From: Bacteroidales bacterium
Lineage (GTDB): Bacteria; Bacteroidota; Bacteroidia; Bacteroidales; ML635J-15
DNA length: 64,000 nucleotides
Direction: 5' to 3'
Assembly (NCBI GenBank): GCA_035343375.1
Contig: DAOQYW010000001.1
Coordinates: forward strand, 28,695-92,694
In this document: piece by piece, positions 1 to 11,500 of the stretch
Position numbering within the stretch: the first letter of the stretch is position 1
How the letters are laid out: every line of letters begins with the position of its first letter
The notes under the pieces: generated by a model
Told to the model about the DNA's origin: nothing
Databases searched by the model: none
Seen by the model: the letters and a program-made list of their open reading frames with translations, nothing else
Made by a program: the position numbers and the translations under genes

Positions 1-3000
1 TTTAGCTGTGCCTCTGTCAATTCTGTTCCCACAAAAATATCATCCGGATTAGCCCATGTTATTTGAGAGTTCGCTTTTAATATTTCAAAATCAGCACCAG
101 CATAATTTAAATTATAATTATTAGATAAAGCAAGACCACCCTGAAGTATGCCGTATAAACCTGCATTTTCGCCCTCAACTCTAGCAAGTGTTCCGATAAA
201 ATTATCCCCGTTAACAAGTTCTTCATTTACCGAATATGTAAATATCGGATCTGTCTCACCATAAATCTTGTTTTGACCGGCGTCTGCTGTAACAGTTATT
301 GCTTTTGGCGTAATTTCAAAATCGTCTCCAAAATAAACCAAATTATAATTATTAGATAACACGAGGCTTCCTTGATGAATTTCGTATAATCCCACATCCT
401 CTCCTTCTTCTCTTAATAGAGCTCCCGAAAAATTATCCCCGCTTACTAAACTTCCTGTTACAGTATAAGTAAATACAGGATCGTTTTCTCCATAAATTTT
501 TGATTGATCAGAATCTGCAGTTACCGTTATTGATTTGGGAAATATTTCAAATTCTGCCGGTATATAATTTATACTGTAATTGATAGATAAGGATAAGGTT
601 CCCTGCTGAATTTCATACAATCCTATATTTTCTCCAACTTCTCTGGTTAATTGTCCCGAAAAGCTGTCTCCGGTTTCAAGTTCGCCAATGACAGTATAAG
701 AATATGCAGGATTTGATTCTCCATAAATTTTTGACTGCGATTCATTTGCTGTAACAGTAATACCTTTTGCTGTAATATGAAAGTAATCGCCAACATAAAC
801 TAAATTATAATTTGAACTTAGTGCAAGGCTTCCCTTTTTTATCTGATAAATTCCAACATTTTCGCCAACATCCCGAGTCAAAGCTCCTGAAAAATCATCC
901 CCCGGAGCCAATGTCCCTTCTACCGAATATGTATATGCGGCAGGATCGTCATCTCCGTAAACTTTCGTCTGATTCGGATCAGCTGTTACCGTTATTTGTT
1001 TTACTGTTATAGTAAAGTTATTTCCTACAAAACTTAGATTGTAATTTGAGTTCAATGCCAATGTGCCTTGCGATATAGGATAAGAACCGACAGCTTCGCC
1101 CGGTGCTCTGCTCAATGCACCCGTAAAACTATCCCACGGAGCAATCGCAGTACTTGTAGTGTATGCAAATTCCGGATCATCATCGCCATACTCTTTCGAC
1201 TGACCTGCGGTTACTGTTACTGTTATAGGTTTTATCTTAATCTGAAAATCAGCTGAAGTTAGACTCATGTCATAATTAGGTCCTAAACTTAAACTGCCCA
1301 ATTCAATAGCATAATAACCAATATCTTCGCCTGCAACCCTCGACAAAGCTCCTGTAAATTCGTCACCAGATATTGGCGATGGAATCGAATAATAAATAAA
1401 TGCAGGATCGTTTTGCCCATAAGTTTTAAACTGACTATTATAAGCAACAACAGTAATCGGCTTCTGTAATATTTCAAAATCAGCACTAACAAATATTATG
1501 TTGTAGTTGGTCCCAAGATCCAGAGTCCCTTGTTGAATCTCATAAAGACCAACATCTTCGCCAATTTCTCTTGTCAAAACCCCTGAAAAGCTGTCTCCGA
1601 GAACCAATGAAGGAGTGTATCCATATGAAAAAACGGGATCTCCAACTCCATAAATTTTTGTTTGATTACTATTTGTCGTAACTGTTATATTTTTTTGTGT
1701 AATCTCAAAATCATTACTTACAAAGATGAGATTATAATTTGAACTCAATCCAAGAGTCCCTTGTAAAATCTCATAGAAACCAACACTTTCACCTGCAACC
1801 CTTGATAGAACACCCGTAAAATTATCCCCGATTACTAATTCAGGAGATACAGAATAAGTATAAGCAGGATCTGTTTCACCATAAACTTTTGATTGACCCT
1901 CATCCACTGTTACCGTAACCGGTTTTATCGAAATTTCAAAATCGTTTGAATAAAAAGTTATGTTGTAATTAGTACCTGCTGATAAGCTACCTTGTTGAAT
2001 TTCGTAATAGCCGACATTCTCACCTGCTTCGCGTAATAAACTTCCGGTAAACTCATCTCCCGAAACAAGAATCGGGTCAACAGAAAAAGTAAATACTGGA
2101 TCTGATTCGCCATACACTTTTAACTGTCCTGGATTAACCGTTACATCAATTGGTTTAACATTAATTGTCATTGACTGAGGTACTTCGTCAGCAGGCAAAT
2201 AGATTGCATTCCCCGGTTGATTTGCAAAAATCTGACAATTGCCAGCATTGATTATTGTGATAGTACTTCCATTAGTACCTGTACATGTTGCTACATTTTC
2301 ATCGGAGCTGGTAAAAATAACATCAAGTCCCGAGCTTGCTGTAGCAGACACAACAAATGGATCATCTCCATACACTTTATCAGGAATAGCATCAAAACCG
2401 CTAATTGTCTGGGTTAGATTTCCACCTGATCCGTTAATTGTAAAATTATATGGATTTTCATCATTATCATTATTGCTTATACTTATTTCAGCAGTATGCA
2501 AATCAACAGATCCCGGTTCGAATACAATTGAAAATGTTGTTGAAGTCCCTGGCAAAACCGGAGAGCTAACAGAAATTTGGTCAATATTAAATGCTGCTGC
2601 ATCTACTCCGGAAATTTCAATTTTAGGATCTCCTGTCAATAGCAGATTATCAACACCTGTGTTTTCTATTGTAAAAATAATTTCACCGCTATCATCACCA
2701 AAAGGAATCACACCAAAACTAAATTCTCCTCCATCAGCAATATCTGTAGTGTTTTGTCTGATATTAATCTCTCGACAATTCTGAAAAACGTATGCTGAAC
2801 CGGCACTTGGTAAATTTGTCTCTCCATTTGGGTCATGATCTTCAAGTTGGGCACCAACTAAAATATAAGTGTCACTTATAGCAACCGATACACCAAACCA
2901 GTCAGCTAAACTTCGATCTGTTGAAACAATTTTTTGCTCTTCTACCCAGTTTCCTGCATCATTTTTAAAAATATATGCAGAACCGGCATTATCGTGAGAG

Positions 3001-4115
3001 TTCAAACCATTTTCATCCTCATCCTCAAGGTATGCTCCAACAACGGCATAATCTCCATAAATAGCAACCGAATGTCCGAATCTATCACCATTTTCCCTAT
3101 CAGAGGCTACAATTTTGTTTGTTTCTGTCCAAACACCAACATTATTAAAAAATATATATGCAGAGCCGGCTTCTTCTAAAGAATTATTCCCCGTCTCATC
3201 TTCATCTTCGCTGTAAGCCCCAACAATAGCATAACTTCCATGTATTGCAACTGACCAACCAAAATTGTCAAGTTCTTCTCTATCGGAAGCTACAATTTTT
3301 TGAATTTGATTCCACGTACCTGCAGTATTAAAAAAGATATATGCTGACCCTGAAGCATTTAAGGATGCCCCTCCACTCACATTTTCATCTTCATTATATG
3401 CTCCTACTATAAGATAATTTCCATCTATAGCAACAGAATAGCCAAAATAATCATTATTATATCTGTCAGAAGCAACTATTTTCTGCGTTTGTTCCCATGT
3501 TCCGGCATTATTATAAAAAATATAAGCCGATCCTGCATTATCCATGGTTGCTCCTCCAACAGCGTTTTCGTCTTCCAAATATGCTCCAACCACAATATAA
3601 TCCCCGCTTATTGCAACCGAATTGCCAAAATAATCGTTTGCAGCTCTGTCTGTAGCAACAATCTTTTGAATTTCTACCCATGTCCCACTTTCATTTTTAA
3701 AAATATATGCAGAACCGGCACTTTCTAAATTGTTAGCACCGAACTCGTCTTCATCTTCAAGAACGGCTCCTACTACTATGAAATCCCCACTAATTGCTAC
3801 CGAGTTCCCAAACCAATCTTCTGCAGATCTATCAGAAGCAACTATCTTCTGAACCTGTGTCCATGCTCCACTTTCATTTTTAAATATATATGCAGAGCCT
3901 GCCTGAATTTTGTTTGAGCCACCAACAACATCATGGTCTTCATATTTGGCACCAACAATTGCATAGTCGCCACTTATTGCAACTGAAAAGCCAAAATTGT
4001 CTTCAGCCTGACGATCAGAAGCACAAATTTTAATTATTTGATCCCAATTTTGAGAGTAGGATAATAAAAATCCGAAGGTAAAAAGCAATAAAATAACCAA
4101 TTTTGACAATTTCAT
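1..4115 (-). CDS. Large secreted FG-GAP/integrin-like repeat + MBG-repeat surface protein, paralog of 4231..8274 (C-terminus outside window)
   Basis: ATG at 4113-4115 (minus). No closed ORF is reported in this frame, so there is no in-frame stop to the window edge. My translation starts MKLSKLVILLLFTFGFLLSYSQNWDQIIKICASDRQAEDNFG..., colinear with the neighbouring 1347-aa protein. Bases 1-59 read TWANPDDIFVGTELTEAQL, matching PQIIWDNPADIYYGTPLSEIQL near the paralog's C-terminal part. Confidence 0.8.
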   Translation of the reverse strand, partial: MKLSKLVILLLFTFGFLLSYSQNWDQIIKICASDRQAEDNFGFSVAISGDYAIVGAKYEDHDVVGGSNKIQAGSAYIFKNESGAWTQVQKIVASDRSAEDWFGNSVAISGDFIVVGAVLEDEDEFGANNLESAGSAYIFKNESGTWVEIQKIVATDRAANDYFGNSVAISGDYIVVGAYLEDENAVGGATMDNAGSAYIFYNNAGTWEQTQKIVASDRYNNDYFGYSVAIDGNYLIVGAYNEDENVSGGASLNASGSAYIFFNTAGTWNQIQKIVASDREELDNFGWSVAIHGSYAIVGAYSEDEDETGNNSLEEAGSAYIFFNNVGVWTETNKIVASDRENGDRFGHSVAIYGDYAVVGAYLEDEDENGLNSHDNAGSAYIFKNDAGNWVEEQKIVSTDRSLADWFGVSVAISDTYILVGAQLEDHDPNGETNLPSAGSAYVFQNCREINIRQNTTDIADGGEFSFGVIPFGDDSGEIIFTIENTGVDNLLLTGDPKIEISGVDAAAFNIDQISVSSPVLPGTSTTFSIVFEPGSVDLHTAEISISNNDNDENPYNFTINGSGGNLTQTISGFDAIPDKVYGDDPFVVSATASSGLDVIFTSSDENVATCTGTNGSTITIINAGNCQIFANQPGNAIYLPADEVPQSMTINVKPIDVTVNPGQLKVYGESDPVFTFSVDPILVSGDEFTGSLLREAGENVGYYEIQQGSLSAGTNYNITFYSNDFEISIKPVTVTVDEGQSKVYGETDPAYTYSVSPELVIGDNFTGVLSRVAGESVGFYEILQGTLGLSSNYNLIFVSNDFEITQKNITVTTNSNQTKIYGVGDPVFSYGYTPSLVLGDSFSGVLTREIGEDVGLYEIQQGTLDLGTNYNIIFVSADFEILQKPITVVAYNSQFKTYGQNDPAFIYYSIPSPISGDEFTGALSRVAGEDIGYYAIELGSLSLGPNYDMSLTSADFQIKIKPITVTVTAGQSKEYGDDDPEFAYTTSTAIAPWDSFTGALSRAPGEAVGSYPISQGTLALNSNYNLSFVGNNFTITVKQITVTADPNQTKVYGDDDPAAYTYSVEGTLAPGDDFSGALTRDVGENVGIYQIKKGSLALSSNYNLVYVGDYFHITAKGITVTANESQSKIYGESNPAYSYTVIGELETGDSFSGQLTREVGENIGLYEIQQGTLSLSINYSINYIPAEFEIFPKSITVTADSDQSKIYGENDPVFTYTVTGSLVSGDNFSGALLREEGEDVGLYEIHQGSLVLSNNYNLVYFGDDFEITPKAITVTADAGQNKIYGETDPIFTYSVNEELVNGDNFIGTLARVEGENAGLYGILQGGLALSNNYNLNYAGADFEILKANSQITWANPDDIFVGTELTEAQL

Positions 4116-4230
4116 AATTCAAATGTTTTAATTAGTAAAATACTTATGCAATGCTTATAAGTTTTATCGTTATGACTTCAACAAATATAATAAATATTTT
4201 AATTCATAAGAATAGTTGTATAAAATGAAC

Positions 4231-7200
4231 CTACCATTTAATAACTTTTTCTGTAATGACTCCTTGACTTGTTTTAATTATAACAATATATGTTCCGGCT
4301 GGGAGCTTCGACAAATTCACAGTTATTAACTGATTTGAAAAGGTTTCTTCAATTAGTACTTCTCCTAATATATCGATTACTAAAACCTCATCTATTGTGC
4401 AATCTGAATAATTAATCATTAACAAACCCGTAGTAGGATTTGGATAGACATTGGCAATTCTTTCATAATCAATTACTGCGTTGCCCAATAGCACATTTAT
4501 AAACACAGTTGCTTGTGCGTTGTTATAATTGGTATAATCATCCGGAACAAACAGTACATGTAATTCTTGGTTATTTCCAATTTCAAGTACTGTTTCAAAA
4601 TCCGGATTATATTCAAATGTCCCCACGATATTTGCGCTAGCATTTAGTTGTATTTCGGACAATGGCGTTCCATAATAAATATCAGCAGGATTATCCCAAA
4701 TTATTTGTGGAGCAGCTTTAGTAATCTCAAAATCAGAAGAAATAAAATTAATGTCGTAGTTATAATTAATTGCTAAAGACCCTTGTTGGATTTCATATAG
4801 GCCAACATCTTCGCCCTGTTCCCTGCTTAATTGTCCTGTGAAATTGTCCCATGATTCTAATTCACCCGTAAATGAATAAGTAAATACAGGATCTTGCTCA
4901 CCAAACAGTTTTGATTGAGACTCGTCTGCAATAACAATAATTTCCTTAGGTGTAATATGAAAATAATCTCCCTCATAAATTAAATTATAATTTGAGCCTA
5001 ATGAAAGACTACCAATGTAAATATAATAATCACCAACCGTTTCTCCCATGTTTCGTGCCAATTCACCTGAAAATTCATCATCATTCAATAACGTTCCGGA
5101 AACCGAATAAGTAAAAACAGGTGGATCTGTTTCTCCATATACTTTTGCCTGATTTGGATCTGCGATTACAGTAATTTGTTTTGTGGTAATTTCAAAGTCC
5201 TCGCCAATAAAAGAAATAATATAATTTGAATTTAAAGACAGACTTCCTTGTAAAATGGAATAATGTCCTACATCTTCGCCAGGTTCTCTTATTAAATACC
5301 CAGAAAAACTATCTCCAACTGCCAAATTTCCACTTGTTGTATATGTAAACACATCGGGGTCGTTTTGACCATACTCCTTCATTTGTCCCTCATCAACAAT
5401 AACAACTATGTTTTGTTTTTTAATTTCGAAATGTTCGGGAACTAAACTAATAATATAATTTTCGTTCAAGCTCAAACTACCTAATTGAATGGCATAAAAT
5501 CCGGGATTCTCACCCGATACCCTTGATAATGTTCCCGAAAATTCGTCCCCATTGACCGGGTCTGGTACAGAATAATAAACCAGTTCAGGGTCATCTTGTC
5601 CGTATGACTTATACTGATTCGGATATGGATATATTGTAATCAATCTGTTTAAAATTTCAAAGTAATCCGCATTGAATATAATATTATAATTATCGCCCAG
5701 GTCTAAGGTTCCAATTGCAATTTCATATAATCCAACATCTTCGCCCTCTTCTCTTGATAAAGCTCCCGTAAAACTGTCGCCCAGCACCAACGCCGGAGTA
5801 AAACTATAAGTAAAAACCGGGTCAGTTTCACCATAAATTTTAAACTGTTCACTATTAACAGTTACTGTAATAGTTTTTAGAGTAATATCGAATAAACTGC
5901 TAATGAAATTAATTTCATAATTTGAACTTAATGCTAATGTCCCCATTTGTATTTCATAGGTTCCCACATCTTCACCTGGCTCACGAGATAAGCTACCCGT
6001 AAATTCATCTCCGGAAGCGAGAGGCAAGTCAAATGTATAAGTAAAAACAGGGTCCTGCTGACCATAAATCTTTGATTGTCCAGGGTCAACAGTAATAGTA
6101 ATTGGTTTCACAAGTATTTCAAAATTATCAGAATAAAAAGTAACATCATAATTCGGTCCAGCGGATAAATCTCCTTGTTGTATTTCATAACTTCCAATTT
6201 CTTCTCCCTCAATACGTGAAAGATTTCCCGTAAAAGCATCTCCTGGAACTAAAGATGGAATAACAGTAAAATTTAACAAAGGATCTGTGTCTCCATAATA
6301 TTTAAATTGTCCGGCATTTACGGTAATATCAATATGCTTTGTATTTACAACAAGCGTTTGAGGGACTTCTTCTGCCGGTAAATATATTTCATTTCCGGGC
6401 TGATTAGCAAAAATTTGACAAGTTCCTGCATTAATTATAGTTATTGTACTACCATTCGTTCCAGTACAAGTTGCAATATTATCGTCCGAGCTGGTAAATA
6501 TTACGTCTAAACCTGAGCTTGCCGTAGCCGAAACTTCAAATGGATCATCACCATAGGTTTTCTCGCTTATTGGTTCAAAACCACTTATAGATTGTGGTAA
6601 TTTCCCTCCAGAACCTGAAATTGTAAAATTATATGGATTTTCATCTGTATCATTATTACTAATACTTATTTCGGCTGTATGAATATCTGTAAATGATGGT
6701 GTAAAAACAATAGAAAATGTTGTAGCTTCTCCTGGCAAAATCGACGAATTTACCAAGGACTGATTAATATTAAAAGCCGAAGCGTTTGTTCCTGCAATTT
6801 CTATTTTTGGATCCCCACTTAATAAAAGTTCGTTAACACCGGTATTTTCAATTGTAAAAATAATCCCATCGCTACTTTCACCATAAGGAATTACTCCAAA
6901 ATCATAGCTTCCTCCATCTGCGATTTGAGTTATATCCTGTCTAACATTAATCTCTCTACAATTGTAAAAAACATAAGCAGCGCCTGCTTCGGGGAAAATA
7001 AAATGACCAAAAGGATCACTATCTTCAAGTTTTGCACCAACTAAAATATATGTCTCATCAATATCGAGTGATATACCAAAATAATCAGCTAAGCCCCTGT
7101 CATTTGAAACAATCTTTTGTTCCTGTGTCCAATTGCCTTCAATATTTTTAAAAATATATGCTGAACCCGCATTCATCAATGAATCTGTTCCGATTACATT

Positions 7201-8274
7201 TTCATCTTCGCAATATGCTCCAACTATTGCATAGTCTCCGCTAATTGCCACAGCCCAACCAAATCTATCACCTTCCTCACGATCAGCAGCAACTAATTTA
7301 TTAACTTCTGTCCAGGTGTCTGAATTATTATAAAATATATATGCTGAACCCGCTTCAATCATAGGATTATTTCCATATTCATCATCGGCTTCGTGATAAG
7401 CTCCTACAATTGCATAGCTACCATTTATTGCAACAGACCACCCAAACCAGTCGAGTTCATCTCTATCGGACGCTACAATTTTTTGTGTTTCAGTCCAATT
7501 CCCTGCAATATTTTTAAATATATACGCCGATCCCGCACAATTTATAGTATTGCTTCCATTTTCATCTTCATCTTCATAACTAGCTCCGATGATTATATAG
7601 TCTCCATCAATATCAACAGAAAAACCAAAATAGTCATTGGCTGCACGATCCGATGCAACTATTTTCTGAACCTCTTGCCATGTTCCTGAATTATTATAAA
7701 ATATATAAGCTGAACCTGAATTATCATCTTCATCGGGCGCCCCGACAACAATATAATCGTCGCTAATAGCTACAGAATATCCAAAATGATCCTGAGGCTG
7801 ACGATCAGAAGCAACGATTTTTTGTACTTGTGTCCAAACCCCACCTTCGTTTTTAAAAATATATGCAGAGCCTGCTCCACCAACTACAAAATTTCCAAGC
7901 TCATCTTCATCCTCCTTATATGCGCCAACAACTATATAATCACCATGAATATCAACAGAAGTCCCAAACCAATCTTCAGATGCTCTGTCCGAAGCCACAA
8001 TTTTTTGATATTCTGTCCAGCTTCCATCAATATTTTTAAGAATATAGGCCGATCCCGGTTCGAAGAAATGATTTTCCCCGTTTTCATCATGATCTTCGTA
8101 ATTAGCTCCTACAACAGCATAGACTCCACTAATTGCGACAGAACAACCGAAGTTGTCCTCGCCCTGACGATCCGAAGCACAGATTTTAATTATTTGATCC
8201 CAGTTTTGAGAAAAAGAAGATGATGCAACACAAAATACCAGAATAGCAAAAACAACAAGTCTAAAAAGTTTCAT
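4231..8274 (-). CDS. Secreted FG-GAP-like beta-propeller + 7 MBG-type repeats + T9SS C-terminal sorting domain surface protein (adhesin-like)
   Basis: 1347-aa ORF with a signal peptide (MKLFRLVVFAILVFCVASSSFSQ). About 8 repeats of KIVASDR..D.FG.SVAI.GDY.VVGA...GSAYIF.N. Then seven ~77-aa repeats of the form Q.K.YG..DP.FTY......GD.F.G.LSRE.GEDVG.YEI..G.L....NY.I.F....F.I. The C-terminus reads VYPNPTTGLLMINY...AGTYIVIIKT (Por secretion tail-like). Confidence 0.85.
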   Translation of the reverse strand: MKLFRLVVFAILVFCVASSSFSQNWDQIIKICASDRQGEDNFGCSVAISGVYAVVGANYEDHDENGENHFFEPGSAYILKNIDGSWTEYQKIVASDRASEDWFGTSVDIHGDYIVVGAYKEDEDELGNFVVGGAGSAYIFKNEGGVWTQVQKIVASDRQPQDHFGYSVAISDDYIVVGAPDEDDNSGSAYIFYNNSGTWQEVQKIVASDRAANDYFGFSVDIDGDYIIIGASYEDEDENGSNTINCAGSAYIFKNIAGNWTETQKIVASDRDELDWFGWSVAINGSYAIVGAYHEADDEYGNNPMIEAGSAYIFYNNSDTWTEVNKLVAADREEGDRFGWAVAISGDYAIVGAYCEDENVIGTDSLMNAGSAYIFKNIEGNWTQEQKIVSNDRGLADYFGISLDIDETYILVGAKLEDSDPFGHFIFPEAGAAYVFYNCREINVRQDITQIADGGSYDFGVIPYGESSDGIIFTIENTGVNELLLSGDPKIEIAGTNASAFNINQSLVNSSILPGEATTFSIVFTPSFTDIHTAEISISNNDTDENPYNFTISGSGGKLPQSISGFEPISEKTYGDDPFEVSATASSGLDVIFTSSDDNIATCTGTNGSTITIINAGTCQIFANQPGNEIYLPAEEVPQTLVVNTKHIDITVNAGQFKYYGDTDPLLNFTVIPSLVPGDAFTGNLSRIEGEEIGSYEIQQGDLSAGPNYDVTFYSDNFEILVKPITITVDPGQSKIYGQQDPVFTYTFDLPLASGDEFTGSLSREPGEDVGTYEIQMGTLALSSNYEINFISSLFDITLKTITVTVNSEQFKIYGETDPVFTYSFTPALVLGDSFTGALSREEGEDVGLYEIAIGTLDLGDNYNIIFNADYFEILNRLITIYPYPNQYKSYGQDDPELVYYSVPDPVNGDEFSGTLSRVSGENPGFYAIQLGSLSLNENYIISLVPEHFEIKKQNIVVIVDEGQMKEYGQNDPDVFTYTTSGNLAVGDSFSGYLIREPGEDVGHYSILQGSLSLNSNYIISFIGEDFEITTKQITVIADPNQAKVYGETDPPVFTYSVSGTLLNDDEFSGELARNMGETVGDYYIYIGSLSLGSNYNLIYEGDYFHITPKEIIVIADESQSKLFGEQDPVFTYSFTGELESWDNFTGQLSREQGEDVGLYEIQQGSLAINYNYDINFISSDFEITKAAPQIIWDNPADIYYGTPLSEIQLNASANIVGTFEYNPDFETVLEIGNNQELHVLFVPDDYTNYNNAQATVFINVLLGNAVIDYERIANVYPNPTTGLLMINYSDCTIDEVLVIDILGEVLIEETFSNQLITVNLSKLPAGTYIVIIKTSQGVITEKVIKW

Positions 8275-8524
8275 AGGAAAAAAATATAAAAAGTAAAGCC
8301 AGCATTTAGACAGACTGCTAAAAATAAAAATTTTGATTACAACAAATATAACGATTTATATAAATAAATTGAAATAAATGAAGGGAAATTTTTAATTTAA
8401 ATTTTCCTTTCACTTTAAAACACACTGCCACAGCAGTTTGTCTTTTATTGATTTACTCTTTTGTTAGCATATTTCCCAATTAATAAATTGGGGTAAACAT
8501 TAGATTATGAAAATAAACAACAAC

Positions 8525-11500
8525 TTATGCCCACATAACAAGTCCCGAATCGTGTTGATAAGGTAACATCTCATTATGTGCAAAGATTCTTATTGCATAA
8601 TTGTAAAATCCGGGCTTTTTAGGCGCTCCGGTAATTACAAATTTTGCAATTTTATTCCTAACACTGACGAGTTCTGCAGTATATTTCTCATAAATTTTAG
8701 TCGAGCCATTTGCAATAGCACTAGTGATAATTATTTCAACCCCTATATCTTCGGCTTTTATATCACTAAGATTAATTTCAACCTCGCCTGTAAATGTCTC
8801 GTTAAGATTCATAGGATTTTTCTCATAATCCGGGAATTTAGCACTTACAATTTTTAAATTACTCCATGAACGTTTGATAGTGTTTTTCCAATCTGCTATT
8901 TTAATAGCCAACTCATAATCATTCTTTCTTATTTCTTCGGAACGTAAATACAATTTATTATAATATCTGTCAATATAATCATCTATCATCCTTTTTGTAG
9001 TAAACTGCGGAGCGACATCAGCAATAGAGTTCTTAATAAACTTAATCCAGTCGTGAGGCGTTCCATTTTCATCTCGTTTATAAAATAGAGGAACTATCTC
9101 ATTTTCGAGCATATTATAAATCATTTGTGTATCAAGCTCGTTTTGTAATTCCTGATTTTGATAAGTTCTTTCGGCGGGTAGTGCCCATCCGGCATTTTCC
9201 CGATAACCTTCAACCCACCAACCATCTAAAACACTAAAATGCAAAGCCCCGTTCATTACGGCCTTCATCCCACTTGTTCCTGAAGCTTCTTGTGGGCGAG
9301 TAGGAGTATTAAGCCATATATCAACTCCCTGAACCATTTTCTTTGCAAGACGAATGTCGTAATTTTCTATAAAAATAATTTTCCCTAAAAATGCTGGTAA
9401 TTTAGAAATACCGACTATCTTCTTTATCAAATCCTGTCCTGCTTTATCGTTTGGATGAGCTTTGCCAGCGAATAAAATTTGTACAGGCATATCTTTATTA
9501 TTTAATATCCTGGAAAGTCTGTCAAGATTTCTCAATAAAAGATCACCTCTTTTATAAGTAGCAAACCTACGCGCAAAACCTATTGTAAGAACATTTTCGT
9601 TTATGTTTTCAAGAATATCAACAAGATTTTTGGGATCTTCGTACCTCCTGATAACATTTTTACGTACTCTCTCTTTTACATCAGAAATAAGTTTCGCTCT
9701 TTGTTTCTGTCGAATTCCCCAAATTGTTTCATCACTAACATTGTGTATAATGTTCCAATATGATTTGTTCGACAAATCCTTAAGAAATTCTGTTCCAAAT
9801 GTTTTTTCATACAGCAATTTCCATTCTTTTGCTGTCCATGTCTGATAATGTACTCCGTTTGTTACATATCCCACATGATTTTCTTCTGCAAAATATCCTT
9901 TCCACAAATCAACAAACATATCCTGCGAGACTTTACCATGAAGCATTGAAACACCGTTAACCTCCTGTGACACATTTGCTGCAAGAAAACTCATTGAGAA
10001 TTTATCCTCGGGTTTAAGTTTCCCCAAACTCATCAATTCCTCCCACGAGATTTTAAGCCTCTCGGGATAATGTGACATATAAACACGCATCATATCTTCG
10101 TCAAAAAGATCGTGTCCGGCAGGTACCGGGGTGTGGGTTGTAAAAAGTGTAGATGCTCTAATTATTTCGAGAGCTTCATCAAATTTAAGATTACGCTTTG
10201 TTCTTAATATCCTTAATCTTTCCAGTCCTATAAATGCTGCGTGACCTTCATTACAATGATAAATATTTGGTCTTATTTCCAAAGCTTGTAATGCTCTAAT
10301 CCCTCCTATACCAAGAATCATTTCTTGTTTTAATCTAAATTCTATATCCCCACCATAAAGTTGTGATGTAATGTATTTATCCTGCTCCTGGTTTTCATCA
10401 ACATCGGTATCCAGCAAGTACAAGTCTATGCGTCCCACATTTACTTTCCATATTTTTGCATAAACATTACGCCCCGGAAAGTGTACCATTATTTTTAATT
10501 GTGCTCCACTTTCATCTCTTACCGGTAAAATAGGCATTTTATCAAAATTTTGAGCAATATATTCTGCATTTTGTTCTCCTAACGAAGTAATCTTTTGCTT
10601 AAAATATCCGAAACGATACAATAACCCAATTCCAACTATGTCGGTATTAGTATCACTCGCTTCTTTAAGATAATCTCCCGCTAATATTCCTAAGCCTCCT
10701 GAAAATATTTTAATATTATCGCTAAATCCATACTCCATACTAAAATAAGCAACTTTTGGGGGCATTTTATTTTCACCTTCTTTCATATAGGCAGAAAATT
10801 CCTCACAAACAGAATCGTACATTTCAGTAAACACATTGTCCGATTCAAGTTCTATCATTCTTTCCAGAGAAATGTCTTCGAGAAATGTAACCGGATTGTA
10901 TGAATTCTCCCGCCATTGTTTTGGATCAATGTATTTGAACATTTGACTTGCCTTATAATTCCAAGTCCACCAAAGGTTTATTGATAATTCTATAAGTTTT
11001 TCAAATCTTTTCGGCATAGTTGTTTGCACTTCAATCTTACGCCAAAGAGGAGATTGAATTTCAACATTTAAAACTTCTGTGGTTGGTCTCGCTTGTGGCT
11101 TATTTGCAATTAAATCTTCGCGTCCTTCAATTTTGCTTAAAGCAATTGTATATGCCTTTTTATACTCTTCAATTAAATTTGACCATAAAGCATTTTCAGA
11201 AGCCTTAAACGCTGCTACTGACAATGCTTCCCTATCTGATTCTGTGAGATTTAAAAATTCAAGAATGTATTTCGCTGCATTTTCAACAACTTCATTAGAA
11301 TTTTCTTCATCTCTTGCTATGACTTCAACGCATTTATCGTTAACATCCAGAACTGACTTCATCCATTTTCCGAAACCGGCAAGATTTGTTGTTATTGTGG
11401 GTATCCCAAAAGCAACTGATTCTAAAGGAGTATATCCCCAAGGTTCGTAATACGAAATAAAAGCCGTTAAATCTATTCCCGGTAATAAATCATAGTATGA

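Noticed and set aside
2239-2784. 181-aa plus-strand ORF, together with the other plus-strand ORFs at 812-1012, 2934-3179, 3489-3728, 7393-7689 and 7786-8223
   Set aside because: All lie antisense to the two giant minus-strand repeat-protein genes. They have low-complexity Ile/Cys/Asn-rich translations typical of shadow ORFs in AT-rich repeats, and no motifs.
4700-6400. DNA-level ~231-bp periodicity that could be called a tandem repeat/VNTR
   Set aside because: It is the coding periodicity of the MBG-type protein domains inside one intact ORF. It is reported as part of the CDS and in a finding, not as a separate repeat feature.
11079-11450. 123-aa plus-strand ORF, together with others antisense to large genes (8576-8857, 9603-9845, 20302-20616, 21166-21444, 22204-22488, 40818-41252, 51563-51952, 53252-53539)
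   Set aside because: Each is fully embedded antisense in a gene with strong, motif-supported coding evidence, and none carries motifs of its own.
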